The translations under genes and the position numbers were made by a program. Below are positions 1-13,869 of a stretch of DNA of 64,000 nt, one piece after another. The notes under the pieces were generated by a model that was not told the DNA's origin, searched no databases, and saw only the letters and a program-made list of their open reading frames with translations. Source of the DNA: Octopus bimaculoides (taxonomy: Eukaryota); the NCBI RefSeq assembly GCF_001194135.2, contig NC_068986.1, positions 114,890,645 to 114,954,644 of the forward strand, in the 5' to 3' direction. Numbering within the stretch: position 1 is the stretch's first letter; every line of letters begins with the position of its first letter.

Positions 1-295
1 TGCACACTACTTATAGCTAGCCAACAAGGGAGGAAGAATTAATGAGACTGCCACACCGGCTAGAAACAATAGTCAAATCTGTCTTAAATCACAACTGGTT
101 TTCTTAATAATAAAACAAGGACACCTTGGACAATGTAGTTGTTGGTAGAAACCAGTCGTAGCTGGAGCATCTTTGATTATTGGTCTGTTCAAGCAACATT
201 GACCTGGGGTTAAACAACAACACAGACAACGACCATTCAAATATAAGAGGTGGTCAGCAAGGAAAGAGGATGATTTTTTTTTTAGTAGGCCTCAC

Positions 296-365
296 CTGAG
301 ATGGCGTACAAAGCTCGGCTGTTTTCTTGGTTACCAAGGAAAGTGACTGCTTCAGTTTGGGCTCT
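296..365 (-). CDS. POLDIP2: POLDIP2 exon 5
   Basis: RAQTEAVTFLGNQENSRALYAIS, with ctgtcag acceptor and GTGAGG donor. Confidence 0.95.
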
Positions 366-527
366 CTGACAGGAAAATAGAGAGAAACAAGCAAAATCAA
401 CAAAGTAGTAGTAGTAGTAGTAGTAGTGGTAGTAGTAGTGGTAGTCGTAGTGGTAGTAGTAGTAGTGGTAGTAGTAGTAGTAGTGGTGGTAGTAGTAGTG
501 GTAGTGGTAGTAGTAGTAGTAGTAGTG

Positions 528-570
<43 letters not shown>

Positions 571-3500
571 TAGTAGTAGTGGTGGTGGTACCGTGATGTT
601 AAAAACACTGATTTATACTTTAAAAGGTGAAACGTCCGACCCTTTCATAACTAAATTTCTAAGGAGTGGATTACTACCTATCTGTTCTGATAGAGCTAAG
701 ATTTTGGATGGGATTAGTTAAACATTTTTGTACATTGGTAAATGCCATATAAATATTGACCAACTGGTATGTATGTATGAGAGAAAAGTTGGACATAAGA
801 AGCATCAAATGTGGTGTGCAAGAGAGACGACTGCGCTGGTATGGTCAGGTGTTATGTATGGATGAGGACAGCTGTGTGAGGAAGTGCCACACCCTAACTG
901 TGGAAGGAACCTTTGGAAGACATGAGGTGGTGAAAGATGACTTTCAAATGTTGAGCTTCAAAGAGGCAATGACAGGAGACCAAGACTTTTGGAGATATGC
1001 TGCAATTGAGAAGACTTGGCAACTAAAGTGAGATTGCAGCTATGGCCGATGACAGTGTTGCATGTCCGGCCCATTTAAAAATACCCTTAATGCATTGGAC
1101 GATAGGATATGCTTGAGAAGACCTGTTGAGTCAAGTAAAACCAAAATGTAGCTGAGGCCAGTGCCCCCTGATGGGCTCCTGTGCTGGTGGCACGTAAAAA
1201 ACACTATCCGAATGTGATCGATGCCAGGGTCGCTTGATTTGCTCCTGTGCTGGTGGCACATAAAAAGCACCCACTACACTTTCAGAGTGGTTGGCATTAG
1301 GAAGGGCATCCAGCTGTAGAAACACTGCCAGATCAGATTGGAGCCTGGTGCAGCCACTGGCTGTCCAGACCTCAGTCAAACCGTCCAACCCATGCCAGCA
1401 TGGAAAGTGGACGTTAAACGATGATGATGATGATATATATATATATATTTGAAAAAATGAATAGAAATTGCTTTTCTAATAATTTTTCCACTTTATAATT
1501 AGAATAATTCATAAACTGGGAGCCAGTCAGGGGGCACTGGCACCGGCCACATTCGGATGGTGCTTTTTACATGCCATCAGCATGGGAGCCAGTCAGGCGA
1601 AAGAGAAAAAATTATCAAAAAAGCCATTTCTATTCATTTTTTTCAAATCTATAATACTGTACCAAGGACTTTCTATCTCTTATTCTATTATATATTGAGG
1701 CAGATTTTCTATGGCTGGATGCCCTCTCTGTCGCCAACCCTCACTGGTTTACAAGCGAGGTAATATTTCTCCATAATCAAACATAATATTTGAAATTAAT
1801 GATATTGCTTGTATTTCCAACATTCTGCATAAACATGTCTGTACAACATCATCATCATTTAACATCTGCCTTTCATGGTTTCACAAGAGCCGACCAGGCA
1901 GAAGCCTGCACCAGACTTCTGTAACTGTTTTGGCAGGATTTTTACAGTTGGATACCCTTCCTAGCACTAAACCCTCAGCAGAGTGGACTTAGTACATGAA
2001 TAATTATTATCTAGCTTGGAAACAAGTAAGGGTTGGTGATATGAAGGGCATCCAGCCATGAATGTTGCTATATTTTCACCCATTTCTCCAAAAAGTCTTT
2101 GATTACTGAGGTATTGTGCTTAACAGATTCAAAACACAAACCAACAACTAAACACAAGCAAAAGACCACTCCTACACATGCAACCAATATAAATACATCA
2201 TCAAGTGAAACATAGCAGTGGCTGTGTGGTAAGTAGCTTGCTTATGAACCACATGGTTCCCGGTTCAGTCCCACTGCGTGGCACCTTGGGCAAGTGTCTT
2301 CTACTATAGCCTTGGGCCGACCAAAGCCTTGTGAGTGGATTTGGTAGGCGGAAACTGAAAGAAGCCTGTCGTATATATGTGTGTGTGTGTGTGTTTGTGT
2401 GTCTGTGTTTGTCCCTCCAACATCGCTTGACAACTGATGCTGGTGTGTTTACGTCCCCATAACTTAGCGGTTTGGCAAAAGAGACTGATAGAATAAGTAC
2501 TAGGCTTACAAAGAATAAGTCCTGGGGTCGATTTGCTCGACCAGAGGCAGTGCTCCAGCATGGCCACAGTCAAATGATTGGAACAAGTAAAAGAGTAAAG
2601 AGATGGAGATGAATTTATAATTTATTAAAAAGTTAAATTTAATGTGAATATTTTAGTACAAGTGGTCTCAGACAGGTTGGTTTTAAGAGATTTAATATTT
2701 GCTCTCAGGTGAATAGGATGTGTAGTCATTAGTAAAGATAAATGCTCTCAGGTAACAGTGATAAATTGATATCTAATATCATGTTGTATGCATTAGTCAT
2801 TGTTTAACCCTTTCGTTATCAACTCGGCTGAAACCACTTCTGGTTCTGTAGTACAAATGTCTTGTTTTCATAAGTTTTGATTTAAAATCTTCCACCAAAC
2901 CTTAATCACAATTTATGTTCCTAACACCAGCTTAATGATAACTGAGTTATTTTACTAAATTCTTTGTTATATTTAAAATTAATTGAAAGAAACACAGAAC
3001 ATCTCAACAGAAATATGGTAACAAAAGGGTTAAGATAATTCTCTAATGCCATTTCTCTGTAACCTATCTTAATGTTAAACCTCCAACTTATGTATTTTAA
3101 TCTATGCTGCCATAATTAATTTTCTTTAACAAATTCCTTCCTGGATGGAACACTGGTCCATCACAGGATTATGTATTTTCACCAGCTGAGTGGACTGGAG
3201 CAACGTGAAATGAAGTGTCTTGCTCAAGAACACAATGCATTGCCTGCTCCAGGAATTGAAACCACAATCTTGTGATCAGGAGTCAGATATCCTAACCACT
3301 AAACCATGCACCTCTGTAATATGAGAGGGTGCCCCTAAATTTGACATTCTTGTGGCATTGCTCTTAGGCAAAGTACATCACTCTACCTTTCGTCACCAAT
3401 ATAAATATAAAAGTACCGTAAATCCGCAAGTATAATCTGCACACATTTTCCCCAAAATTTAAAGGTCAAAATTTCTGGTGCGTTCTATATACGAGGTTAA

Positions 3501-6500
3501 AAATGAAAAATATTTTCTAAGCACAATTTTCTAGGAGATAAATATATAAAGGCAAATTACTTAATATCTATTTTTCACTGACATTATTACTGTTATTTCT
3601 TTATTTTCTGCAAACAAAGTGCACAAAAAAGCTACATGTTTGCATTATAGGACGTTACCGTATATGTTTACAAACCAGGGACGTTATATAGACCTCCTTG
3701 ACTCAAGTTAGAGAAGGGGTGCGTATTATACACAAGGTTTAGGTTTTTCAGAGGTACTGTCCCCTAAAAATACCCTGCATATTATACTCAAGGGCGGACT
3801 ATACTGGAGGATTTATGGTATTTTCTATAGGAACAGAGTATAAAGTGTTGAATAGGCAATACTTATGTAGTACTGTATGATGCATACTAGTGAATGGAGC
3901 GTAGCACTGTATGGTGTGTAATAGTACAATGTTGGGTGCTGTAGTAGTAGTAGTGGAGTGTTATTTGATGGCGAGATAGAAGAGTGCTGTTGAGGAAAAG
4001 AAAGGGAGAATAAAACAGAAGAAACTGTGTGAACTTACTATGTAGGGACAATCTCTGGAATCCACCAGAACTAAATAATAGAGATGGGTGCAGCCTTTAA
4101 CTTCCTTGCCCACCACAGTGGAATCATCTTCAGGGTTCCTAGAAGTTAGAGGAGAACGATGGAACAGTTAAGTTGCAGGAATGGTGATATTAGATGTTTG
4201 CAGGTCATGGATTGACCCGATGATGAAGACGATGATGTATAGAGTAACAGGGAACTGGTGTATATTATAATTCAGGAAACTAGAAGTTAATGTATAATGA
4301 AGTAAGCAACTGGTAGGTGATGTATAGTGAACTGCCATCCACATCATCATCATCATCATTTTATGTTTTACTTTCATGTCAGTAGGAGTTAGAGAAGTCA
4401 TCACAGCCCGAGTCAGTAATTTTTTTAGTGTTACTTCCCTTCTAGATGGGTTGGAGGATCACATCTCACTTGTACATTCCATTGTTGGCATGGGTTCTAG
4501 GAATTGATGCTCTTCCCAATCCCAACAATTTAAAGTGCAAGTTATCATGGCCCCAGGGCTAGAGAGGGGGCTTTGTCCTATGCAAGACTAAAAAATCCTC
4601 TGCTTTTTGTCGTGCTTGTTTGTTCACGGCAAACATGACCAAGATAGTGGATAGGAGAGAAAGTGATGAAGAGGAAAGAACCAGGNNNNNNNNNNNNNNN
4701 NNNNNNNNNNNNNNNNNNNNNNNNNNNNNNNGGAGAGAGAGAGAGAGAGAGACAGAGAGAGAGCATAAATATGAGTATGATAAGAGAAACAGAGTAATAG
4801 ACATAGGCAAAGAGACAATGATACATAGCTACATGATGGTTGTTGGTAAGGAGATTGAATAGGAAAACATGAATGAGTGAAGTGAGAGGAGGAGGGAGTA
4901 ATAGGGGGAGGTGGTGTTGGAAGGAGGAGTTATGAAGTAAGGGAGAGTGGTGCATATCAACAAAGAGTGAAGGATAGCATTAAAGATGGTTGTTGGAAAG
5001 ACAGAGAGAGTGAATAATGGACAGCAACAGAAGAGTGATGACAGCAGGTATTGAATATGGCTAGATCCAGAGCCATCCCTCAATACACAGGTATCATGAT
5101 GGAAGAGAGGTGGAGTAACAAAAAGTGAGGTTGGTGAGGGAGTAAGAATGGTCAAGTCCATTGCTAACCCTTGTCACTCCAGTGGTGTGAATGTTACAGT
5201 GAATAGGAGAGAGGGTAAGTGTCAGGTATGAAATAAGAAAGGAGGGAGGAGAGCAGGAGATGGAGACATAAGAGGAAAATAGTGAGCAAGAGATCGACTG
5301 TAGTTACCCACCACAATCATTTTAATGTCTATTTTGTCATACTTGAATGATTGGACGGGTCTTCTAGAGAATATTCTGGAAACTTGAAAGTGATGGCAAG
5401 TGAAGCAGCCTACTGCCTCACATATATAATCCTTTCTACTAATGGCACAAGGCCTGAAACAAGGGGGAGGGGGGACTAGCTGATTACATTGACCCCACTG
5501 CTCAACATTTGTAGAAATTGCAGATTTTTTTTTTTTTTTTTATTCCACAAGCCATGAAACCTGTTCTGGATTCTGGGGATCTCACTAATTCTGAGTGATA
5601 CTAGTTATCATTGATATTTATGATACTAATTACAGTGTAGTTTGAATGTTAATTAATAACTTGGCAGGTGCCTGGTACCACTAATCCTACACATATACAT
5701 CATAAATAAAAAATAAAATAAAATAAAGCAGTTACGTACTTCTCTTTCGATTTTGCTGCTATGTCACGATCATAGACACGGGCTAACCATGGGAAGAGCA
5801 CAATACCTCGGTAACCAAAAACTTTATGTAGAAACAACTGGAAATATAGCAATATATGACGGGTAATTTATAGTAAGACACATAAACTGGCTCACACACA
5901 CACACACACTTGACAGGTGATTTATAGCAAGACACAAACTAGCTCTCTCTCACACACACACTTTACATGTTGTGACACTGTCGGTTACGACGACAAGGGT
6001 TCCAGTTGATCCAATCAACAGAACAGCCTGCTCCTGAAATTAATGTGTAAGTGGCTGAGCACTCCACAGACACGTGTGCCCTTAACGTAGTTCTCAGGGA
6101 GATTCAGCATGACACAGAGTGTGACAAGGCTGGCTCCTTTTAAATACAGGTAGAACAGGACCGGGAAGAGAGAGTGAGAGAAAGTTGTGGTGGAAGAGTA
6201 CAGAAGGGTTCGCCACCACTCCCTGCCAGAGCCTCGTGGAGTTTTAGGTGTTTTCGCTCAATAAACACTCACAACACCCGGTCTGGGAATCAAAACCGTG
6301 ATCCTACAACTGCGAGTCTGCTGCCCTAACTACTGGGCCATTGCACCTCCTCTGCTTACATGTACACCTTTATAATAGTACAGACAGACACATATTAGCT
6401 CACGCGTATGTCTTTATAATACTATTCTAGTCCTTATGAGGGATGACTTGCCACCACTGATATCTTTATCCAAACTGCAGCCCTGAATGAATCCAAGATT

Positions 6501-9500
6501 GATGATATACAGACAACATCTCCATCTCCCTCTGATAGATGGGCAACATTTCTAGGTAAATATTCAAGCTTTCAGATTAGTAAGGCAGTAACTGTATTGG
6601 ACATCCACAAAGCAGAGATCTATTTTTTCTGGAGGACTTTCAAGTTCAGGACAATTTAGAGAGATACAGTTCTATATTTAAGAGATGAGGAATTATGTAC
6701 ATTATTTACATTTGGCAGATATTTGTCCTCATCTTGTTTGTTGTTAACACGTTTCGGCTGATATACCCTCCAGCCTTCATCAGGTCTCTTGGGGAAATTT
6801 CAAACGTGGGTTCTCATTCCTAAGGTATTTTTCGATGTTATTATTATTATTATTATTATTATTCAGGCCACTGCTTGGAATCAAACTCGGAATCTTGGGG
6901 TTAGTAGCCAGTGCTCTTAACCACTACGGATGTTAAATGATTATGATGATAAATGACTCTACATGAGCACAATTTATAAATATCCATGATATAGCAGTGT
7001 TATGAACGCCATCAACAGTAATGGTGATTATAGCACAATGTCATTAGCAGAGGATGATTCATGATCACTGCCATTAGCAGTAGAAGTACAGTAACGATAC
7101 AAGACAGACTATATCATCATCATCATCATCGTTTAACGTCCGCTTTCCATGCTGGCATGGGTTGGACGGTTCAACTGATGTCTGGAGAGCTAGAAGGCTG
7201 CACCAGGCTCCAATTTGATCTGGCAAGGTTTCTACTGCTGGATGCCCTTCCTAATGCCAACCACTCAGCAGAGTGTACTGGGTGCTTTTTACGTGCCACC
7301 GGCATGAGGGCCAGTCAGGCAGTACTGGCATTGACCATGCTTGAATGGTGCTTTTTGCATGCCACCGGCACAGGAGCCAGTCAGGTGGCACTGGCAACAA
7401 CCACATTCGTATGGTGTACTTAATGTGTCACCAGCATGGGAGCTAGTCCAGAGGGACTGGCATCGACTATGCTCGAGTGGTGCCTCCAGCATGGGAGCCA
7501 GTCATGCAGTATACACTATATGAGAGATCTGTCAGGTAGTTTTAGATCAGGCCACGTACAGAATGTACTTCTCAGGTGTGTTTTCTAGAGTACAGAGACT
7601 AGGAAGTCTTTATGTAACCACTCAATTTTCTAGAAAGAGCAGCTAAATCCTTTTAAAATCATACCCTACAACTAACCTGATTATTATAGTAAAATGAAAT
7701 TAAGTACACCTAACGAGATGGGATGATCACAGAATGCCTTCCATCATAAGTTTGCTCAATCAGGAGTGATCTAACCAACAAATTCTTTCACCATTATTGA
7801 TAATTCCTAAGCTGTAATGACACGTAGATCTTCAAACAGATCTTCTTGGTAGGTTTTCCTTTAACATTCATTCATCTGAAGAAACCAGAGTTCATCTTTA
7901 ATAGCAATGACAGTTAAATCTCTGTTAGTGAAAATAAGGACGAGTAGCAGAAGGGCTACAAACCTGGCCAGTTTCATAAGCTTGACCTCTTTCCCGGGGT
8001 CTCTCTAGAACACCAACTTCAGCTAACCTGTAAAAGACAAACAAGGTGATACAGCATGAATTGGGGGTAGATACATCATTAACTACAAAAGCTATTCAGG
8101 GATTTACTATTCTGCACAGACATCATACTGATGCCAATATTGGAAAAGAGATGTCAAATTCATCCGAAACTAAATTATTTTGGTTCTCATTTTAATACCT
8201 GGCTAACCCTTACTGGCACATGTGCCGGTGGCACGTGAAAAACAACATTCTAGTGTGGTCGTTGCCAGTACCACCGGAGTGGCTCCTGTGCAGGTAGCAC
8301 GTAAAAAAAACCTTTTGAGCGTGAGTGTGGTCGTTGCCAGAACCACCTGACTGGCCCTCGTGCTGATGGTATGTAAAAAGCATCCACTACACTCTCGGAG
8401 TGGTTGGCATTAGGAAGGGCATCCTGCTGTAGAAACTCTGCCAGGTCAGATTGAGCCTGGTGCAGCCACTGGCTCTCCAGACTGCTGTCAAACCGTCCAA
8501 CCCATGCCAGCATGGAAAGCGGATGTTAAACGATGATGATGATGATAGAGGATGTGAAGGTGCATGGCCTTGTGGTCAGGCTGTTGCACTCACAATCACA
8601 AAATTCTGGATTCCTGGATTGTGAAGAGAGCTGTGTTCTCTTGTGTTCTAGAAATAGCCAAGTCTCAAATCACACACTACATAAGGAACTGACATCCTGT
8701 TTACCCTTGAAAATGGTTGAGATTAGAATGATATCGGTCATAGGTGTGCTGGATCAGTGTTAAACTCTGGTTCAATGACAACAATCTAGTCATGCCACAA
8801 TCCTCAGAAAAGGATGCACACATGAGCTTTAACATTGATTCCTGAGACAAGATAGAATCAGACAGTTCCAACACCACCAGGCTTTTCAATATTGTGAAGA
8901 AAGTCTCAGCCAGTAGAAGATTTTCTGAATGGGTTAGAAGCAGAGTAGATATTGTTGGAAGAGAAATGGACAACTAAGGTAACTGAGATAGAGTAATTTT
9001 TATTGTTTTATTCTTTTACTTGTTTCAGTCATTTGACTGTGGCCATGCCGGAGCATCGCCTTTAGTCGAACAAATCGACCCAAAGACTTATTCTTTGTAA
9101 GCCTAGTACTTATTCTATCGGTTTCTTTTGCCAAACCACTAAGTGACAGGGACATAAACACACCAAAATCGGTTGTCAAGTGATGGTGGGGAGACTGACA
9201 CACGTATACATATACATATATATATGACGGGCTTCTTTCAGTTTCTGTCTACGAAATCCACTCACAAGGCTTTGGTCAGCCCGAGGCTATAGTAGAAGAC
9301 ACTTGTGCAAGATCCCATGCAGTGGGACTGAACCTAGAACCATATAGTTAGGAAGCAAGCCTCTTAGCACACAGTCACTCCTGTTTAGGCTAATCATAGA
9401 TAACATAACAGCAATATGTCTCTGCATATGTACCACAATCATGGCCGGCAGACAAACAGCAGAGACTATCTTGCAGACAGTCTTGATAATGAGTGACAAT

Positions 9501-10147
9501 GACCTCATTACAATGGCTGGTGATTTGAGACATGTTGTGTAACGTTAAGACAGCTTCTATGGCACAGATAGAGATAATGGCTATGGTTTGAGGAATGAAA
9601 ATAGATCAAGGCTCCTGGAGTTCTGTGACACAAATGATTTCACAACACTAACATCAGGAAACCAATCAGCCACCTGATCACCCACAAATTAGGCAAACAA
9701 ACAAACAAGCTAGATAGTCTTTATACTCCCCAGGAAAGATGTAGACAGATGGTAGTAAAAGCCAAATAATTTCTCTGATTCAACACAAACTAGTGATTAA
9801 TGACTCTGTGTGTCCACTAACTTTTTAGTAAGAGTTAGATGAACACAAGGACACAAAAAAATCTAGAAAAGAAAGATATAAAAGCTGAAAGAGTTACAGT
9901 TTCAGAGAAATTCTACACGAAACAAGAGGAATACACACATATATATATAATAATAATATTAGGGAGAAAATCCAAAATTACAGGTAAAAACTCAATTAAA
10001 ATCAATTTATTAAAAATTAAAATTAAATTAAGTTTCACAGTATAAAATATACATAAATATATAGTTTTAGGGAAAAGAATCAAGGTTTATGAACTCATCA
10101 ACGAAAATTCACTGTCACATATAGAAAAAATTGGTTCTTTTCCCTAA

Positions 10148-10183
<36 letters not shown>

Positions 10184-13100
10184 TATAAGTGAAAGTTCCA
10201 AGAGACCCTGCTGAGGGCTACAGACCAGATTTGTTGCTGGTGCAAAGCTACAACCAAAAGCATGATGACATGGTGATGGTAAAGTCTTGTAGATAAAGCC
10301 ACATAAGCTAAGAGACAGACATGGAAAGGCTGGAGTGAAGCAAACAGCAATAAGCAATATCAGGTAAGTAAAAGAGAAGCTAGATGTCAGGTAAACTTAG
10401 CAAAGAGGAAAGCTGAAAGTAAGAGGTTTGCACATGTTCTGCATTGAGAGATCAAAGGCCTGAAGTTTTCTGGACTGCAAGGTGGTATAATGGAGAGAAC
10501 TGATCAGCATCATCATCCTCGTTTAACGTCTGCTTTCCATGCTGGCATGGGTTGGATGGTTTGACTGAGGACTGGCAAGTCAGGAGGCTGCACCAGGCTC
10601 CATTCTGACCTAGCAAGGTTTCTATAGCTGGATGCCCTTCCTAATGCCAACCACTCCAAGAGTGTAGTGGGTGCTTTTTACATGCCACCAGCATGGGAGC
10701 CAGTCAGGTGGCACTGGCAACGACCACGCTTGAATGGTGCCTTTTACATGCCACCAGCACAGGTGCCAGTCAAGCAGTACTGGGCATCAGCCACAACAAT
10801 GATTTCATTTGACTTAACCATTTCGTTACTGTATTTCTGTTGAGATGCTNNNNNNNNNNNNNNNNNNNNNNNNNNNNNNNNNNNNNNNNNNNNNNNNNNN
10901 NNNNNNNNNNNNNNNNNNNNNNNNNNNNNNNNNNNNNNNNNNNNNNNNNNNNNNNNNNNNNNNNNNNNNNNNNNNNNNNNNNNNNNNNNNNNNNNNNNNN
11001 NNNNNNNNNNNNNNNNNNNNNNNNNNNNNNNNNNNNNNNNNNNNNNNNNNNNNNNNNNNNNNNNNNNNNNNNNGTAAAATAACTTAGTTATCATTAAGTG
11101 AGTGTTAGGAACATAAATTGTGACTAAGGTTTGGTGGAAGATTTTAATGCAAAACTTATGAAAACAAGACATTTGTACTCAGAGCCAGAGCCGGTTTCAG
11201 CCGGGTTGATAACGCAGGGGTTAACAGGTCTTCTCAAGCACAGCATATAGCCCAATGGATGAAGACCGCAAAATAATGCCACTTGTCATTTCTGGTGGCA
11301 AAAATAATAGACATGAAAATGATATTATGAGAGGTTGTTAATGAGGAGAATACGTGGGAGAGAGAGGTGTACCTGAAGCAGACTAAACAGAGGGATCAGC
11401 CATTGAAGTGGACAGCTTTAGAGTGGTACAAGTGATAAGGAATGGGAAGGAAGAGGGGAAACCAGCCTTCCTCTCTTTCACTGTGATGCCTATGCAAGCA
11501 GGGGAAACATCAAATATGCATATATTTATTATTCTTTACTGTTAACCCTCATTCTTACTCTATCTCCCATGACACTTTTTATTGAATCCCACCATTCTCT
11601 TATGCCATTATCCATCACTTACTTTCTCTTACCAACCTCTCTTTTTCTCTCCCTCCCTTACATTGCTCCTTCCTCTATCACTCTTCTTCACTTCCATTAC
11701 ATTTCATATTTTCACCACCCTGCTTCCTCCTAATACTTCACCTCCCACCATCATGCTGCCTTTCTCTTTAATCTCCTCATCAAAGCTGTCTATAATCATC
11801 TCTCTTCCATTACTCTCTCACTGCCCCCTCTTCAACACTCAAATTCTCTCTTCTGTCAGCTTCTCGATCATTACTCTCCTATCCACATTCTCAGTCTTGA
11901 ATAACTGTGAGCAACATAGAGAGGACCATTTAGTCTTGCAAGAGACAAAGCAACTTCCATAGCGTTGATGCTATGATAAAATACACCAAGTACCCTCTAT
12001 AATGTAGCTGGTGTTAGGAAGGGTATCTAGCTACAGAGCCATGCAAGAAAAGGAATGTGGTTTAGACCATGATGATCCATCCAACTCATGTTAGCATGAT
12101 GCAGAATGAAGAAGAGGATGAATTTATTTGCCAACCCAACAAAGGAACCTCTATGAGGTCATTTGATTGGTAAGAAATACCAGCCAAACCTACCTAATTC
12201 AAACCTCATTGCAGGGGTTGGCAAACTGGGGTAAATTACCCTAAATGAGGTAAAAACGAAATTCTTGGGGGTAATGAGGACTCATTAGACATCGGTAAAA
12301 TTATATAAAAAAAATAACCTGTTCCTTGTTATGACAGAGATTTTTCTTCTGATAACAATACATCTGTCCAATGTAATGGACGTATAAACAGGTTCATATA
12401 AACAGATTCAATAAACCTTTTGAATTCAAATAATTTAAAGCACATCCGAGTGTGATCGTGGCCAGGGCCATGGATTGGCTCCCGTCCTGGTGGCACATAA
12501 AAGCACTATTCAAGCGTGATCGTTGCCAGCGTCGACTTACCGGCACATGTGCTGGTGGCTGATCTAGGGCGGGGGGTGTCAAACAACAACAAATCAAATT
12601 CCTGCTACAAACTGACCTCCTCCTATTCTTTCTACTCAACATTTCGTTATGTCTGACCATTTCTCTGGGCCAAACTCCACATCATCTGCCCATGTCAACG
12701 ACAGAGTCCCAACGTGATCGATGTGCTAGAAATAGCAGTCAAATCACCCTTTGGAGGAATTTCAACCATGTTTCGTGGTCTGCTACCACAACAGCTCCTT
12801 TATAGGATCCAGTTAGCTCAAGACATCATCAGGAGGAACCACGTCCGGTTTCGGCCCTTACTCATCTACCGTTTTGACGTGCCCCCCCCCTTTCGGAGGT
12901 GTCTTCAGCTCTGATGTTGGGTGCGTCTTCTTTCTTCTATTCCCTGGCCTCTTAGAAGAATTACACTGGCGTCTTAAAAAGGGACACGTTGAACAAAGTT
13001 GTTGTTTAAAATAAAAAAAAAAAACAGGACAGCCACAAGTGGAATGTCTATGATCACATGTCTTGCTCAATGAAGGGTGATCTGAGTTTTAACCCTTTGC

Positions 13101-13869
13101 TTGTTCTACATCTCACATATAGACACACAGAGCATATTTCTCTGGCATCTACACAGCACAGACGATACACATTCCCAATTTTTTTTCCCAATCACCAGAG
13201 TAACTTGGGATTTTTTAGTGGAAAGCTTTATATTACTCAACATTTGTGAAACAAGGATTAATTAAAAGTCTGGAAACAAGCATAGACATGTTGGATAAAA
13301 TCCGTTGAGGACTGGCAAAGAGTTAAACGACCAGAGCGTGTATCCCAGCCCGGAAGCTATGGCTATTGGTGCAATGCACCTTTTCTTTGGAATAAACAGT
13401 GACTGTAGTAGTAGTAGTAGTAATATCAGTGGTTGTTGCTTAACCATGATTCAGCAAACCTATAATGAATGATGTTCTAACCGTAACCAAATCGTCTTTT
13501 TGTATATCAGCGACTACATTATTCAATGCAACTCAGTTTTTTTCTTTTTGCTAAAAAAGAAATTAAAAAACAAAAAGATGGCAAGATACGATTTGAAGAA
13601 AATTTAACTGCTATTTCTAGCAAATCGAGATCAAGCGATCTGAGGAGGCTCCCCCCATTGACTCAGGTAGTAGTAGTAGAAATGATTGTGATATAAGCAT
13701 CAATAGTAGTAGTGGTAGTAGTAGTGATAAATTTTGCTTACCTTGTGGAATAGAAACAACAGGAGATTGGCGTGATGGACGTTGGCTGGCGTAGACCTTC
13801 CCTGAGGCGTTTGCAAATGGCCAGACTAAAGTTTGCCTTGAAATACTTCTGAAGCAGACAGACAGCCAT
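296..13869 (-). CDS. POLDIP2: Polymerase delta-interacting protein 2, 5' part: exons 13869-13742, 8027-7964, 5837-5740, 4138-4039, 365-296; the gene continues beyond position 1
   Basis: The spliced translation MAVCLLQKYF...YST-R-LAEVGVLERPRERGQAYETGQ-LFLHKVFGYRGIVLFPWLARVYDRD...GKEVKGCTHLYYLVLVDSRDCPYI-RAQTEAVTFLGNQENSRALYAIS matches the POLDIP2 motifs YETGQLFLH..FGYRG.VLFPW and QTEAVTFL.N...SRALYAI. All introns are GT-AG with consistent phases (2,0,2,0,1). Confidence 0.95.
404..590. repeat. (TAG/TGG)n microsatellite
   Basis: Direct reading; source of the poly-Tyr/His ORF. Confidence 0.97.
730..1435 (+). mobile_element. RTE-type LINE 3' end
   Basis: ORF remnant RRLRWYGQVLCM, followed by the 3' UTR ...ccaacccatgccagcatggaaagtggacgttaaacgatgatgat. 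Confidence 0.8.
2215..2602 (+). mobile_element. SINE family A (tRNA-like head, internal (TA)n/(TG)n, GAGTAAAA tail)
   Basis: gtggctgtgtggtaag...gggttcagtccca...gtcaaatgactgaaacaagtaaaagag; many copies in the window. Confidence 0.85.
2803..3033. mobile_element. piggyBac-like MITE (TTAA flanks)
   Basis: TTAAccctttcgtta...taacaaaagggTTAA; a second copy in the opposite orientation spans the gap at 10814-11224. Confidence 0.72.
3414..3820. mobile_element. Tc1/mariner-superfamily MITE (TA flanks)
   Basis: TAccgtaaatcc ... ggatttatggTA inverted termini. Confidence 0.65.
4039..4138 (-). CDS. POLDIP2: POLDIP2 exon 4
   Basis: NPEDDSTVVGKEVKGCTHLYYLVLVDSRDCPYI, with cttctag acceptor and GTAAGT donor. 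Confidence 0.95.
5740..5837 (-). CDS. POLDIP2: POLDIP2 exon 3
   Basis: LFLHKVFGYRGIVLFPWLARVYDRDIAAKSKE, with ttccag acceptor and GTACGT donor. Confidence 0.95.
5966..6350 (-). mobile_element. SINE family B
   Basis: Reverse complement of 25520-25897. Confidence 0.82.
6665..6928 (-). mobile_element. Solo copy of the tRNA-head/hammerhead unit in POLDIP2 intron 2
   Basis: Same sequence as the 22205 and 44310 copies. Confidence 0.8.
7115..7510 (-). mobile_element. RTE-tail repeat family (ends in (GAT)n)
   Basis: Shares gatgcccttcctaatgccaaccact and the 3' tail with 730-1435. Confidence 0.85.
7964..8027 (-). CDS. POLDIP2: POLDIP2 exon 2
   Basis: ttttacag acceptor, LAEVGVLERPRERGQAYETGQ, GTTTGT donor. 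Confidence 0.92.
8205..8546 (+). mobile_element. RTE-tail repeat family
   Basis: Same family. Confidence 0.85.
9007..9384 (-). mobile_element. SINE family A
   Basis: Reverse-complement copy. Confidence 0.85.
9400..10500 (+). mobile_element. Highly decayed RTE-like LINE body (endonuclease and linker remnants)
   Basis: Degenerate coding-like segments at 9480-9720 and 10200-10500, recognised by eye only. Confidence 0.45.
10505..10810 (-). mobile_element. RTE-tail repeat family
   Basis: Same family. Confidence 0.85.
13742..13869 (-). CDS. POLDIP2: POLDIP2 exon 1 (basic, mitochondrial-presequence-like N-terminus)
   Basis: ATG, 42 codons + AG, donor GTAAGC. The phase fits exon 2. The peptide is K/R/S/L-rich with one acidic residue. 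Confidence 0.8.

Noticed and set aside
8701-8973. 90-aa minus-strand ORF with a plausible GT donor inside POLDIP2 intron 1
   Set aside because: Exon 1 joins exon 2 in phase without it. Its phase-0 start does not fit the phase-2 donor, and it has no POLDIP2 similarity.
12835-12880. Hammerhead-like minus-strand string (..GATGAgtaagggccGAAAccgg..)
   Set aside because: The CUGA core is missing and stems I/II are unconvincing. At best it is a decayed PLE remnant.
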